Shown here piece after piece: positions 35,851 to 50,060 of a DNA stretch of 64,000 nucleotides. The stretch covers positions 9,604 through 73,603 of the forward strand of contig RDEW01000096.1 of assembly GCA_011109175.1 (NCBI GenBank), read 5' to 3'. Every line of letters starts with the position of its first letter. The stretch's first letter is position 1. Below the pieces are notes generated by a model, which did no database searches, was not told the DNA's origin, and saw nothing but the letters and a program-made list of their open reading frames with translations. This DNA comes from Dicyema japonicum (taxonomy: Eukaryota; Animalia; Dicyemida). The position numbers were made by a program, and so were the translations under genes.

Positions 35851-37089
35851 CAAAAAACCGAACAGATATTTTCTTTAATTTTTCCTAAATAAGAATTAAA
35901 AATTCGTAATCTGGTTTGACATTCCACAATAGCTAATTTAGTCTCACACTTTTAAATCTCTCAGAGTATTCTATGAGATGCAAGGCTGCGTGATCTAAAA
36001 ACACGTGGGTACAAGCCTTATCAGACTGGGAAAATCAAATTCCATCCCCAGCTATGAGAGGAAGCTTACAACTCTTCCTGATTTCAGAATCAACTATGAG
36101 CTACTGACCTAACCATCAAAGGCTTTGACCGCCTAGGAAATCAAAACCATCAACATACACGTGACTTTACGTATTTACGCCAGTAATCCACCTAATTGGC
36201 CAGTCTCTGCTAGTCCGGGTTTAATTTATCCTGAGAGTTCCCCCACCGGTGACTCAATTCCATGAAATCAACATGTGGACATTAATAATAAACGAGACCC
36301 ACTATTTCCCGGTAATGTATGACAGAGTCCCCATGTTCGTGGAGAGGGAATCGGAGATCAAATGCGTGCAGTCCTCCACATACTATTCCTCATCCAAAAC
36401 CATCCCTCCGAGACTTCTGAGGACATTTCCACAAAATTCCTTATCTTGAGAAAACATCGAGAAGAAAATGAAACACATTTATTATTCTCTTTCCCATTCA
36501 CTCAGATTCCGGACTACAGGTAACTCATAACTAGGGCAGCCAATTGCAATTTTATACAAAAAATTAACGAGTAAATTAATTAAGCCGATTTTAATCCAGA
36601 TTTCTTGTAATCCCTTTTATTCTCTTAGAAGAAGAGTGTGGCATCAACTCCCTGTGTCGATGTGAATAAAAGGCAGTCTCGTTTACACGTTTATTCTTTG
36701 ATTTACACTAAAGCATTAGTATCGGTTATTACCTCGAATATTCAATCAGGAGACACCACGGAAACATCAGGACTTACATTCTCCGCACACGAGTAACTCT
36801 ACCGTTAAAAACAAGCCAACCTTAGAAAGCATGAGGGGGGTTACTGTAGAATTCATGTATTCAGAGACCATCCCACCCTATGAGAGAACGGCTTTTGTGA
36901 GATCCTTTCGATTTGGGTTGAAAAGTAGCAGACAACCCCACTGAGAATTCCGTCGTGGGCTCCTCCACGGTGAACCACAGGAGTGCTGCTCGATGGAAGT
37001 ATTGATGCAGTAACCCCATTATTCTTCGTTTTAAGCTTTTGAAATGAGTTAACGATTTTTAGCCGATCCCTCATCCTAGTTTCTCCAGC

Positions 37090-39340
37090 ATCCTTACTAA
37101 AAAAGTTGTTAAAGATGCGGTGGGCCAATTTTCCCCCGATTTCCTTTAGGAAAAAGGCTGTAATACTTCCGGACGCACCAGACGTCTCGATTGCTACCGG
37201 TATTAAACGGTAGCGGTCTCCAATTTCGCCATATTTTTTAATCTTGATTTTCTCGGCAGATCGGCTGTCGATCCAGCAGACTGCGCCGAGCTGAGTATCA
37301 TCGAGTTCGAGAAAGAATCCACAACAGTGCAGTCCCATACGAGCGATTTTCCCTCAGTGAACGGAAAGATAGTTAACCCATCCGGTCTTTTCCCATCTCT
37401 GCGGTCCAATCCCACATGCTCCAGTACTGCTGGGAAGCTTGCCGCTTCAAGAGCTCGCATGACAATGTTGTTCATAGCAGCATGGCGGAGTGCTCTGCCC
37501 GCACTCCTTTTTGCACGAGAGCGGGTGCAGCCCTCTGGCATCGACGATCCCTCCACAACGACATTGGTGTTCGACGCAAACATCAACTCCCAGGCGTGAT
37601 CCCAATCCGAATACAGTCATCGTCCAAAAGGGTCCCCAGGGAGGAACACGGGAGTGCATTAAGCCACGCTCCGCTACATGGTTGCGGCGGACACGAGGCA
37701 TGCAAGACGATGCTGGTTGGCCTCAGACTTTAGCACGTCGAAGATGTTCTTGGAGTAGATATTATCCCAGTTACGTTGCCTCGAAGAATCGTTCGACATT
37801 CCAAACCAGTTTCACACCACTCGCGACGAGCTTCGTCGAAGACTCTTTCCCAAGAAAGTCCGGTTGTAAAACGTAGGATATCTTAGACCAAAAGGCTTCC
37901 AATTGAGAGCGATGACACATATGCTGGAAAGGCGATCTCCAGCGCCGACCTGAGAACCCTTCCTCCGCGGCGTGTAGGAAGCTTGCATTGGTTCCAACTC
38001 GGCACATCTTTCTCCACGGCCCTCAAATTGTGGCGTCATCAAGATACCAGAGGTTTAGTTGTGTGTTTATAGAACTGACAATTTCATCGATGGCAGAGTG
38101 AAGAGTAGTGGACCGACCAAGTGGGTCCCCTTTTTGAACTCCGGTCTCCGAACAGATAATTTTGTCCCCGAAAACCAGTGAAGAATTGGTTCCGTAATCG
38201 AGGTAGATAAGTGGAATAAGTTCCGGGGCTCGTTTGGTTGTAGTTTCGAAAATTTGATCTCTTCTCAGTGAATTGAAGGCATTGCTGATGTCCAGCTTGA
38301 CCCCAATGTGTGGGTTTTGTTCGTCTCTCTGTCCAAAAAAACACCTCGCAGCATGCACTGCCGCCTCGCATCCGTTCCTTACACCAACCCCCAGTTGGAG
38401 GGGGAAAATTCTTCAGATATTCTCGGACAGACAATGCTGCATCCAATTTTTGCTGTCAGTCTTCTGAAATAGTTGCCGACTGCGATGGTTTTTTTTGAAA
38501 GCCAGTAGATGTGCACTGAAAAGAAGCTACCTTGCCTGGAGGAATATCTCCGTTCAAAATACGCATAACCAGTTTTGTAATTGATTTGACAAGGTTGCAG
38601 CCAGCTTCTGCAGTAGCCTCTGACGTAAGATCTTGATGTGACCCAGCCGCAAGCCATCGATACCTCCACTGCTACTCGCCGCAAACGACGAAATGCCGCG
38701 TCGCACTTCGCCTTCGGTGACGGTCATCCTTGACAAATTTCCCGGAAGCACGAATGGGCGGTAATCTGCCGGAGCACATGGATGTTTATGTCTGAGTAGT
38801 TCAGCACCTCAGGTGTCGCAGCCATAACAGTTTCGTCGCTGGCGACGACGCGCAACTCCGTTTGGACGTCGCCTTTGTATAGTTTGCGGTTCACTCTCTC
38901 CAAGTTTCTCCGGGCCATTCAAATAAACCGGAGGATTGGAATCAGAATGTCTTGATTTCTTGACTTCCGTCTTGGTGAGAGAATGCACATAGAAAACCTA
39001 GATGTTCTTTTTCATTTTTGAGGAAAGGGAGTTCCCAAGTGTCGTGCTTTCTTTTGTATTAATCTCCTTTTGAGTCGATAAATGGAATTCCAAGGGCCAT
39101 CGGAGCAAAACTGAGGAATTTTAGCCAGGCCTCCAGGTCGTCGGACGTGAGAGCATCGTCAATTGCAGAGGCCAGACATGTAGCCGCGGGGATCCGGACG
39201 GGTCTTGGGATCCTGATTGGGATCTTCCTGGCTTTCCCTAGATCCGACATAAATACTAGTGCTGAGAAACTGAGGAAATGTAGTTACTTTGGGCTTTGGT
39301 CCGCCTTTCACCCCATCTCGGATGAGACGTCAGAATGATT
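37090..39340 (-). mobile_element. CRE-clade element, multiply frameshifted
   Basis: SSGGIDGLR, KLDISNAFNS, GVQKGDPLG, WYLDD, RHAAMN and DGKRPDG. Confidence 0.9.
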
Positions 39341-39366
39341 GGCCCCAGCACAGCAAACAAAGTTTA

Positions 39367-39640
39367 TCAGGTTGAAAGAGTACACAGTTTCCGTACACAA
39401 ACCACTTTCGTCTCCTTACAACGCCTAGCAACGAATCCCAACCTGAGGCTACCGCTATAAAGCCTTCCTAGTCCCACCAGTAGACTTACAGGAGCGTGTT
39501 TAAACAGGGCCATGGGGATCTTGCCTCGGCCTGGCGCGTTTTCCTTAGATTTGAGAATAGCAGCTAGGAAATCTTCCATGGTTATTGCCTGGAAAGCAGG
39601 GCGTGAGCCCCCTTAAAGTCTGCGTCTCTCCGAAGAAATA
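39367..39640 (-). mobile_element. non-LTR RT N-terminal fragment
   Basis: NAPG..IPMALFKH..LYSGSLRLG..KVVCVRK. Confidence 0.55.
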
Positions 39641-40769
39641 ACACCCTGCACGCAATGACGTTCAGACTCCTCGACAAATTAATTTGGACTAACAGTCGAG
39701 ATGGATCGAAAATTGCTGCGAATATCTCCAAAATTTCTGCCGGGTTTTAGAGCAATCCGAACGATACAAGGTACGCGCAGACGTATCCTCCCCTCTACCC
39801 GACACCTCTTAACGAGTATTAAAGAAAACTCCGAGACAAAAATTAAAAAAGTTAAAAATAATTGTACCAATTTTTGTTCGTACTTAAGTCTAATAAACAA
39901 AAACCTCATGACAGAGTACGATACCGTCATGACAGAGTACGATCTCTAGATAAGAGACCTCCAAACACTGATAGTCAAATTATGGTTGTAGGGTTAACTA
40001 TGCCATGTGGCGCCAACGTTATTGCGATGCTATGTGGCTACTTGAATTGAAGATTTTGTTTGTTTCTTCACAACGAGACCAATGCTCAATGGTATCAAAA
40101 TTAGTGGCCAATATTTGGGAGACTCCAAGGATACCAAGAAATGGATAAACTCGTTTAAGCAATGTGTAAAATGATAAATTTACCCCTGATGTCACCTGTT
40201 TCTTGAATGTTTAACAATAAAGGAAACGTCAAAGTCAGAAAACACGTGGAGGAAGACCATTTTGTGAAGTACCGGAATCATAGTAACTCCTTTTCTCTTG
40301 ACTCAGGGATTAAACTCCTTGCAGACGAGTAAATGTTTTGTTATCTTTTTAGTGGAGTTGAATACTTGACAACTTGGGTTTTTATATACCCAATTTTATA
40401 CGAGTATGAGCGGAGATTCTGGTGATTAAGAGTTCTTATTCTGTATAATCATGTGTTTTGACTATTTAGCGATAAAAAAGGAAGGAAAACAAGTTGAAAC
40501 GATGCCGGGAATTTCCAGAATTAAGTTTCATGAAAGTGAAAATTAAACTAATGTTGTAATCTTCAGTATTTTTTATCTAAACTGTGTTAGGCATCAAAAA
40601 AACGTGATTAGTGATTACTTTTTTGATTTTATTGTCAAAATTGGTATGCAAACAAAAATTGGTGTAAATCTTATAAAATACTTTTACACATAATAATTAT
40701 TACCAAATAATGATTTTATGTAAAAATACACAAAATTATTCATAAACTTTTGGTAATGGAACCCTTGAG

Positions 40770-41170
40770 AAGGACCCTTAAAGCAAGTTGAAGTTGAGAA
40801 ACTTCACAAATATGACTTGCAAATGAACTTTGGCTGCTCTATGAATGCCAAGTGAAGATTATTCCAGTGGTTTTGACATGGGAAGTTGTCTCAAGATGCT
40901 TCAAGAATCATTTGGATATATTATCTATTGAAGAATCAACGAGGACTTACATCCAATCGGTTGTGCTGAATAGAACGCTCGAAAGTATGATCATAAGCAT
41001 GGAATGAGGGTATACGATGAAGAGTACGCCTCTGCTACCTCCCAACTTGTGGAACTGGCATGCCGTGAGGACAGCCCACTGGACTCTAACGGAGATATTT
41101 TGACTGAATATGATGTGGAGTAACAGGGAGGTTATGGCACACTCTTCTAAGAGAAGAGGGATTACCAACA
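40770..41170 (+). mobile_element. R4/Dong-type 3' end (endonuclease tail plus UTR)
   Basis: VEVEKLHKYDL..VKIIPVVLTW..YIQSVVLNRTLE. A similar terminal sequence occurs inverted at ~36600-36655. Confidence 0.7.
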
Positions 41171-42472
41171 ATTTGGATCAAAATACGCTTAATTAGTTAA
41201 TTTACTCGTTAATATTTAATAATCAAATAATATTCATAAACTTTAGTATTAATTTGTAATAAACATGACAGCACCTGTCAAATAACACAATGATTATTAT
41301 TAATAAATGTGAGGTTAGCTCGTCAGTTCTATGGATTATTTGGTTAAGTTTTCAACAGGCGATTTCACTTTGGAGCCAATTAACTAAGGTCTTGGCAATT
41401 TTTAAAATTCAGTGAATAAACCTTCTTCTATTTATTGAATTGTCTTCCAATATGTTGTTTCCCGGCTTGAAAAACTTTTGAGCACATCTTTTCCAGTTTA
41501 CTGTTTCTTGTATATTTCCTCAAATACTTTGAAAATTCTGCGACCTCCTCCGAATCTAGTAATTCTTTTCTCGTTCATCAGACACTTCTTAGCTGATTTT
41601 GTATGCTTCCATAAATCCTCCAGAGCAGATACGTCTAGTAAGTGAACTGAGTCTTGGTTATTCTTTTTTATGACTGGCTGACTCCACAAATTTTCTGTCG
41701 TAAATTCCTTTCTTGTATTGGAGGTTTGTTTCTCTTCATATTTTTGTGAATTGTTTCTTTAAACAAAATGTGGCAATATTTTTTTTCTTATAAAAACCCG
41801 GTTTTAATAATTATGTGACAGCTGGGTTCTAGATTTCTGAAATTTCTTCGAATAGCAACTGGCTCGTCTTTCGACTTACATTTTTGGATAAAAATCAATA
41901 CAGACATAATTAGAGAGAATTAGATATTAATGGGATACCAGATGCTAAAGCAATATTATTCGTTCGACTACTTTGAGCATATCAATAACGCGGGAACTCC
42001 AGTATAATAAACAAAGGGAAACCTAACAATCGTTTGTAGGGAAATCAATAAAGTTGAAAATGATGGAAAACCAATATCGATTTGGTTGGCAAATAAATAT
42101 GAAGGATTTTGAAATACTGGAATACATGTGAAGTTGAAATAATGGTCATGTGTTAGGATTTATACGTCATCAGCTCATTAATTTGAATGCAATCTGATTC
42201 CGCATATTGACATTATTTCAATTTCACTAAAATAACATTATATGAACTATCACCACCTTATATTGTCAAATCTTAGAAGTAAAATATAGGGCAGTAAGTA
42301 TGTCAAAGTGTGTCAAATATGCACATTTTATTTGATTTTGGGTTTACCATACTAAAAATTGATTTAATATAAATAATATATAAATTATCAATTAATACTA
42401 TAATGATTTTTATAAAATAATCTTTCAGATTTGTGAAGTAACAATAAAAACCAGAAAGTAGCCCGAAGATAC

Positions 42473-42914
42473 GAGCGCTACTTGCAACTATGCGCTACCT
42501 GCAATATCGATTTTTTGAATCTATAAAAATTGTTCTTTTGGACTAAAATTCTAATTTTTAGTAAGATAAAATATTAATTTTATTGTATAAAATTATCATA
42601 AACTATTAATACTAATTTGAATTATTATGTCACGCTTGTTTGTTAAGACTTGTTATTCTGGAAGGTGGCTTGAATATGATAATCTCAAAATTATTCTGGA
42701 AGGAGGCTTACCTTCTGATGTGCCTGTATATGCTATGTGCAGGATCCGAAAAAAGTCCAAGAGCTTCGTACTTAAAGGAGGAAGAATGAATCTAAAAGAC
42801 CCAGAAGGCGATAAATTGGTTATTGTTTCGGACAACGTTGAGGAAATGAAGTTTGTCGCTACTCAAATTCATGATTTAACACATTGTGGCCAAAACATCC
42901 TAGAAACATTGTAA
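42473..42914 (+). mobile_element. end and N-terminus of a Ginger/GIN-like integrase element
   Basis: ORF 42627-42914 has RKKSKSFVL..HDLTHCG. The upstream GAGCGCTACTTGCAACTATGYGCTACCTGCAATAT recurs at 11728-11762. Confidence 0.5.
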
Positions 42915-43603
42915 AGAACGATATATTCTTCCTTCGATTTCTTTGTCCTCAACAAACGTGGTATCAAAAGAACTACAGAACAAATCTTTATTGCATGCTC
43001 GGTCTTCGATAATCTTAAAAATCAGTCCTAACAGAAATTGAACCAAATTACAGTTAATCCTCCCGAATCCGCCACCAAAAAGTCAAAAATTACAGTTTTT
43101 CTAACAAAATTCTCGAATTAACAGAATTTCCAAATTAACATATCTTTTAGATGAACCTGAGAAACAGTTAGAATAACACGGGATTTCTTTAGGGATTCAG
43201 TCATTACTCTGCTTTAGTCACCCAGGGGTCCTTCATCATCCACCACTATTGTAGACAGATATCAGCAATCACATAAAATGTCGCTATTTTCTCTTCAACA
43301 GTTACCCCCACTAATAAAATATAAGTGCATGTATATCTCTTAAGATTTGTTTTTTAGGAATGTGACTATTTGATGGAATAAACGCTGCTTTGAACGGATT
43401 TATAATTAGAGTCGTTCTAATCTTTTTAGGCTAATTTTAACTCGGAATGAAAAAAATGAAACTTGATTTTGTGATCATTTTGAGCAACACCCAATGATGT
43501 GAGCAACTATTAATCATTTATTAATGGTATTGTAAATGAGAAAACAAACTTTTATACGGTAGGAGAATGTGTGAGATACATTTTATATCTTTTTAAAAAT
43601 TAT

Positions 43604-43684
43604 GACGATGTGGCCGAGTGGTTAAGGCGGCGGACTGCTAATCCGTTGGGGTTTCCCGCGTGGGTTCGAATCCCACCGTCGTCG
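43604..43684 (+). tRNA. tRNA-Ser, anticodon GCT
   Basis: Acceptor stem GACGATG/CGTCGTC, A-box TGGCCGAGTGG, anticodon arm GCGGA-CTGCTAA-TCCGT, long variable arm, GGTTCGAATCC, discriminator G and a downstream T-run. Confidence 0.97.
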
Positions 43685-45979
43685 TTTAAATTTTTAAACT
43701 TGCATTTTAATAAATCGTTTAATGTTGGGTCTGTATGGATAGCCAGATTAATTTAACTTCTCGAAATTGTCAACATCCAACTGTTTCTATAATTAAATAA
43801 ATGAGATTAAACAAAATAAAGAAACAATCATACCTCGATCTCAATGGCTGCGTGGCTATTCACTCTTAAAATGGCGAAGGGGGATTCACCCAAATACCGC
43901 GGAAATCTATTGTTCGTTTAGAAATCTATTCCCTAGGCAACTCAGGAATTCGACCGTCGCAGGAGCAAGTGTACCAGACGTTTCAACCACGAGCGGTACA
44001 AAAAAATATCCCCGTTAGGACTGGGCAATTATTTTTATACATTTGTTTGTATACAAGGAAACATTTCGACACAAATAATAATAAAATGTCAAAAAGTGGA
44101 TTCTTCTTAGCTGATTCTTTACAAAATAAAAATTAATTTTTAATCTTTTTTATTAAATTAATCAATCATATCCGATTTTAAATAGACGGGAAATATGTAT
44201 CTCTTCCAAACGTTCACCCAACTCACTTTCCAAGTTCCAATCACTTTCCAAGAGACTCACTAAACTCATTCTACAAGTTATATTTTTTTAAATTATAGCT
44301 TATTATTATATATAATTTTATAAATATTTGTCGTTTTCTAATGAGATTATTATTAAAAAAAATTATTTTTTGCAAGCGTTACACCAACGGTGCCGTTACA
44401 TCTTTGGATTGTCATATCACATGTAACCAATCATTATACCTGTCGACTTAATGTTTTAATTTGTTGCCGTAGACGGTCTAGAACCACTCTCAAGTCCCCT
44501 AATGGGTCACAAAGCGCTGACCTTGCTGAGCTACTTCCACTTGCGACAGGAGAAAAAAAAGATTTACACACTCATAGTTTCTCACGTTGAACATAAAGAT
44601 CGAGGAATTTCCAGTGCAACTATGAGCATCTGGTGGAACCAAGATGAAGTCACTGCTATTTTTATTTTATGTTCTTTGGAATTTTCATTTTATTTCATTA
44701 AAACACCTTATGGCAGCGTTGCCCCTTCCAAAACCTAAAATAAACAAATATTCAACTAAATTCTATTCTTCAAGTTCTTTTTTTAGCAATCTTTTCCATG
44801 ACCTCATCTGACCCCCTCGACAAAAAAAGAGGTTCATTTACTTAAAACACAAGTTTAAGGATCTTTTCATCTAATGGTTCTATCTTTTTCTTAATATTGG
44901 AGAACAAATCCTAAAATATGCCAATTTCTCTTCAAACTTGTCAATGAATTGATTTTTTCACAAAAATTGTCATTTTTAAATAAAAATCAATTCTATCCTG
45001 AGGGACATGCGGTTAATCCTGGCTCGTCTACTATGTGGACACTACCCCTATCCACCGATGTACGTAAACTGGAGGATATAAAAGATTTCATCTGTTCCCT
45101 CTACAATGTTTTTGAATTGATAGAAAATTACATTTTCGAATGTTATGAACCACCATGTGTTCGTTTTCTCTGCCAAAGTTGATCGATCTATGATTACGAC
45201 CGACATTTGCTGCATCTCACTTAATGTTGTGTCTCCTACATGTTAGTGAAGCTGAAGTTATGGACTTCTGGAACTGTTACCTCTCCAATGCTCCCTGAGT
45301 CCTTAATACTTTTACCCAAAGAACATGCCATGTGACTACGATCATCCAGTTATACGCCGATATAGGCTTTTATGGATTCGGTTGAATTCTCTGTTGAAGC
45401 ATGCCAGGACCACGTGAGTAGTTAGTTAGGTGTTACCGTCGTCTTTATAATTTTTCATGTGTGTAAAAATAGTTTAACTTTTAATTTCATAAATGTCTCC
45501 TTTCAATATTAAAACACCAACAATCATTTAACCTAAAATACAAACAAAGTTAGTTATACATCTGCTCAGCTTTGTGAGAGAATTTTGTATACAATTGTGG
45601 AAGTAATGGATTTGTGATCTATTAATATCCGTAACTATAATATATAAACATTTGGGACTCCAGTTGAAACACCTCAGAGGGACCTCTAACTGATTTATGA
45701 TTACTTAAAGAGTGATTATTGGCATTGCTGCTAGTAACACTTTTTTTTCATCTTTTGCCAAGTGGTTGATTGATCTGACATTGCGGAGCTGACGTGCTTC
45801 TTCCTATAAATCCATGTCTTCCTTCTCGAAAGTGTGGAAACGGTGATGAACTCAAAATACCTCAGAAACCGAAAGTTCTTTTAGACGGAAGAGTTTTCAT
45901 AATGGTAATGTTCACTATTTGAATTGATCAAGGAGAGAGCCAGTATTTAATATTTTTATAAACAAATGTGTTTATTATT

Positions 45980-46260
45980 AAACAAGATTAACAAATCTCC
46001 ATCTGCCTAGGGATTCTAAGCATTGATAGTGATTCCAAGACCCTGAGAGAACCATCTTCGTTCACGAAGGTCTCTGAGATCGTTCATGATTGCATTTTCA
46101 ATTTTATTGGTGACTACTTTAACAATTTTCTAACCGCTCCAGAGGTTTCGAAGGCGATTGGGAATAAATGAAAACGATATTCAAAGGCCGAGTACTTTTT
46201 CAATTTCCTCTGTTCGCAGAATCAGCATCTGGGCATTTGGAATGGCAAGGAAATACAAAA
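45980..46260 (-). mobile_element. CRE-clade 3' fragment
   Basis: KKYSAFEYRF..PIAFETSGA..RERRWFSQ. Confidence 0.6.
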
Positions 46261-47152
46261 CGAGAAGCGGTAAGCGAGTTTTTTGATTGAAAATAAAAGA
46301 TTTTTTGATTGAACAGTCTTCTACGCTAGATAGCCATTGAAGTCTCATTACTCTGAAATAATAATAAATAAGCACAACCACGTTGCCATAAGCACGTAAG
46401 ATGCCTAGGGTTTCGCTCGTGCAGAATATACACTTTATTTAAGTAAAAACAGTTATAACTAATCGTAGAGGGAGAACCAAGGAATGCTCTTCACTTCTTT
46501 GTTTTTTCTTTTTCTTGTGTGTATGTCCTTTTGACTAGGGTGGTGCTAAAGTGGCTTTGGTCACGGGTTCGATTCTCGGTGCTGTTTACCTGGTGGAAGG
46601 TTCCACGCATCTACGATGCGGAAAAAGCTTGATGAATGACGCCGTCATCAGTGGAGATTCACTGCGGAACTGGATAGTCTCATTACTCTGTGTTGCTGAA
46701 AGAAATGTTGGATGCACCCAAACAGGTAACGATGATCCTCAAAGAAAACAAAAACTACTGACTAAGCTGACCAACATCACCTCGTTACTTGTCTAACTTT
46801 GAAGGGTTCTTAAGAACTAGAGGTTTCCTTCTTCTGTGCTTCCTGGGGTCCCTTTATCTATTGAACAAATTTAATGAAGATCACCAATCAATAGGGGGAT
46901 TTACGGATATATGGAAAGGTTACCTCTTCAAAACCTCTGGGTTTCTTAATCCGCATGAAAGGTGGAGTGGGCCTGTGCAACTAAGAGTATCTAGTGGTAC
47001 GGACTATTTTTTTATCCTATGGAAAGGAATACAATCTCCGGTTCGAGGTCCTTTCGATCATGGTCACCGATGACCATCCGTAATTGTCAAGCTAGATTCC
47101 TATGTCTAATGCACACAACTATAAAGCACGTGCTAAAATACCAAAACAACTC

Positions 47153-48674
47153 TCAATATTTTGTAATAATTAAAGCGCTAAAATAATTAACGAGGCCACC
47201 CAATGCAATGAGAAGCCAAGGGACCTTCAATAATAAATACTCCCACCAGTAAATTTCAAATATGCGAGTAAATGTGAGGACAATATAAGGAAGGGAGATA
47301 TACCCAATAGAAGCCAAAGTCCAGAGGGTGTGTACAGATTTTGATAATATTGTGGGGATGTTTGAACTTTTAGCAAACTTATACATCTACACGTGCACAA
47401 ATCATGTACTTTTATGCTGCTGTGGGTGAATGCGTAGAAATTTATGGCCATGATTAGGTATCCAGGGTACACTCCGTGCCAGACAGCGCAAAACAGGAAC
47501 AGTTTGATCCGTTTATGCGGAATATTTCTACTGTAGATGATATATTTGAGCCATTTCACCGTGCACGTGTTCCAACAGGACACGGCTTTTGTGATTGACG
47601 TGGCGAACTGAGTTTGAACCTTAAAATACCTCGAAACCTCGAATATCGACGTTTGTCGTCAATGACCACGTGTCTGTGTCTCCATCGTAGCCAAACCCAG
47701 TCAGATTGAACAGTCCGTCACCTAAAATAAGACACGTGGCATACACAACAACCAGAAGAAGTAATGGCGGAGTCGGACAGAAAAAACGCACAAACACGCG
47801 CATAAATGAAACCGAAAAAATGAAAAAACAGAATTTATCTCCGTTGATTCGGCTATGGAATATAAAATCCGTGAAACCGTAAATCCACCGAGGATCTCAA
47901 AGTTCTTAAACAACATGAGCGAATTGAACAAAACAAATGAAGAAACCACCTTCACAGTCACAGTTTTTAAGCAAAATTTTGGTTTCTTGGAAAAAACGGG
48001 AAAGATTACTTGGTTGGATTCGAAGAAGTCGATGTAATCGTTGAAATGGAAGAAGGGACCCATGAACGTTCCGTGGAAGCTAAAAATATAAGCTAGAAAC
48101 TGTAGCAAAGACGGAGTCTGCCTGAAAATAACTCATTTGGAGACCTGAGGACATATTTTTTGTTAGTCTCCTCAACCTCCTCATTGTAGAAGGCATCGTT
48201 GTAGGAAATTATCAGAGCCGTCAGTTTTTGCGTGGAGACCATAATCAGGCTATAATTAGCAACTAATCCCTACTTAGCGACACCGGTTGTGTCCAAGTTG
48301 TAGTATTCCCTTAACGTTTTCCTCAAATGGAGTCCCACCAAGTAGAAGAGACAGACAACAAACGTGCATGAGACTTTCCTGCTGTGGGGGATGTACAGGA
48401 TGACCAGGTATACCAGGAGCGAGTGAGCTAGCAAGTGGAATCCTTCTCTATGAGTTCTAACGTAAGAAACAACAGGCCAAATTGGTTGATAGCGAGAATT
48501 AATCCGGCAGATATACTGAAAATATAACGTAGGGTTAAGTTCTTGACCAAATCAAAGCAGATTATTCTATATATTACTGTTACTAGCACAAATCTGGAAT
48601 AGAACTCGATTCCGTTAATCTGTGTATTAAATTTGTAAAACTTGTGTTATTAATGTTAAAAGTTTACAATTCAT
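47153..48674 (-). CDS. MBOAT1/2-type lysophospholipid acyltransferase, at least 8 exons, ~450 aa
   Basis: Introns 48620-48641, 48448-48473, 48250-48273, 48122-48144, 47722-47744, 47608-47629 and 47387-47409 give an open frame with MVSTQKLT, PSLLQFLAY..GP, YFFWLL, GFGYDG, WN..T.KWLK and the catalytic AVWHGVYPGY. Confidence 0.93.
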
Positions 48675-49559
48675 AATTCGATTTGTGAACTTATTATTAT
48701 TTTAAATTAAATAAACTTTATTGTGAACTTGTATTTACTATTTTAGATTAAATAAAAATAAAACTTTTTTTAAATTATTTAAATTTCAAAAATTGAGTGG
48801 TTCACTCATAATAATTTCTTTGTGCTCCTCGAGGGAGGAGCATCGGGCCAAGATGAGGTCCCTGCTAGAGCGTACTGGGATCACGTGATTAAGAAACACC
48901 AACTGGCATGCGATCTAACAAAATATGACATCTCTGTCTGCTGTCTCCAAGATCCATAAACGACCTTACAATGCACAGAACTGTTTGACAAATTCTACCT
49001 TTTAACCCTCCCGACATAATGGTCTCGAATTTGCAGTCCATCAGGACCTGATTGACTGTGCTACAAGAGTGCGGGCAGCATCTGACATTATAATGGAAAT
49101 GGCGGACGAACTGGACTACCTAAGAACTAGCGCGCAACAGAAGATCATGGTCGAGGCTAACAGAGAGGATGATTTGGAATACGGTACAAGGAAACTTACT
49201 ACTTTTATGTTTTTTTCCGGAGTGCTTTTCAATAATACTACTTTGTCAAATGAACCCATCAAGGCTATTGTATCATTTGCACTGCATGTGTCTGTCTAAA
49301 CGTAAAACTGAAAATTAAAGGAACACATTATTCTTAGGCAAAAATACAATCAACATACAGGAGAAAACAATAGTTAGATTTTTAGTCACTTTTTATTTTA
49401 GATGGACTTGAAGCATGTTATCCTCTTACATTTTACAATCATTGATTGTCCCCCAATGAATGGGATATTATCAACTTTATTGGTGTAGAATCTTCAGAGA
49501 TTATGATAAAATGCTGAATTCTATCCATCGATTATAATGACTACTAACTCATAACTCAA

Positions 49560-50060
49560 TTTGTCGGACACCCAGAGATCTTCGACTACGTCAATTACGG
49601 TGGCTGAGATACATCGGTTCTGCAAAAGCTGAACAACAACAGGAGTCCGGACATTGTCGGTATCAACGGGGAACTTCTGAAACATTCGTTGCCCTCACTG
49701 GCCTATCAACTATTTCTGATTATTCTGGAAAGGATTTCTCCTGTTGACGAATATCTGTCTCTGGGCCAAACTGGATTCAGAAGAGGAAGGTCCACGGCGG
49801 ATATCGTATGGACACACAGATAAATATGTGCCATGACGCAGAGATTCCAGAAGGCTGTTCACATACAGAGGATTGGACGTTCAATACTGAACGCAGAGGA
49901 AAACTAATGTTACTTGGTACGTTGCTGGACGAAGACACTCAGGATGATCTGGGTCCTACTTGCGGACAGTGAAAACAAGTCTGAGTCGGTTCAGAACGAT
50001 TCCGTAAACTTGAGAAGCATATTGGCACTCTTCAAGCATGCTTTATCGCCATTACTAGCG
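49560..50060 (+). mobile_element. RTE RT fragment
   Basis: KLNNNRSP..INGELLKH..QTGFRRGRSTADIVWTHR. Confidence 0.75.

Noticed and set aside
39980-40550. Plus-strand segment with micro-intron-like breaks
   Set aside because: No stop-free frame could be assembled.
4118-48674. Five confident genes all on the minus strand (polycistronic organisation?)
   Set aside because: Small sample, genes separated by many kb of TEs, and the tRNA and GPI gene are on the plus strand.
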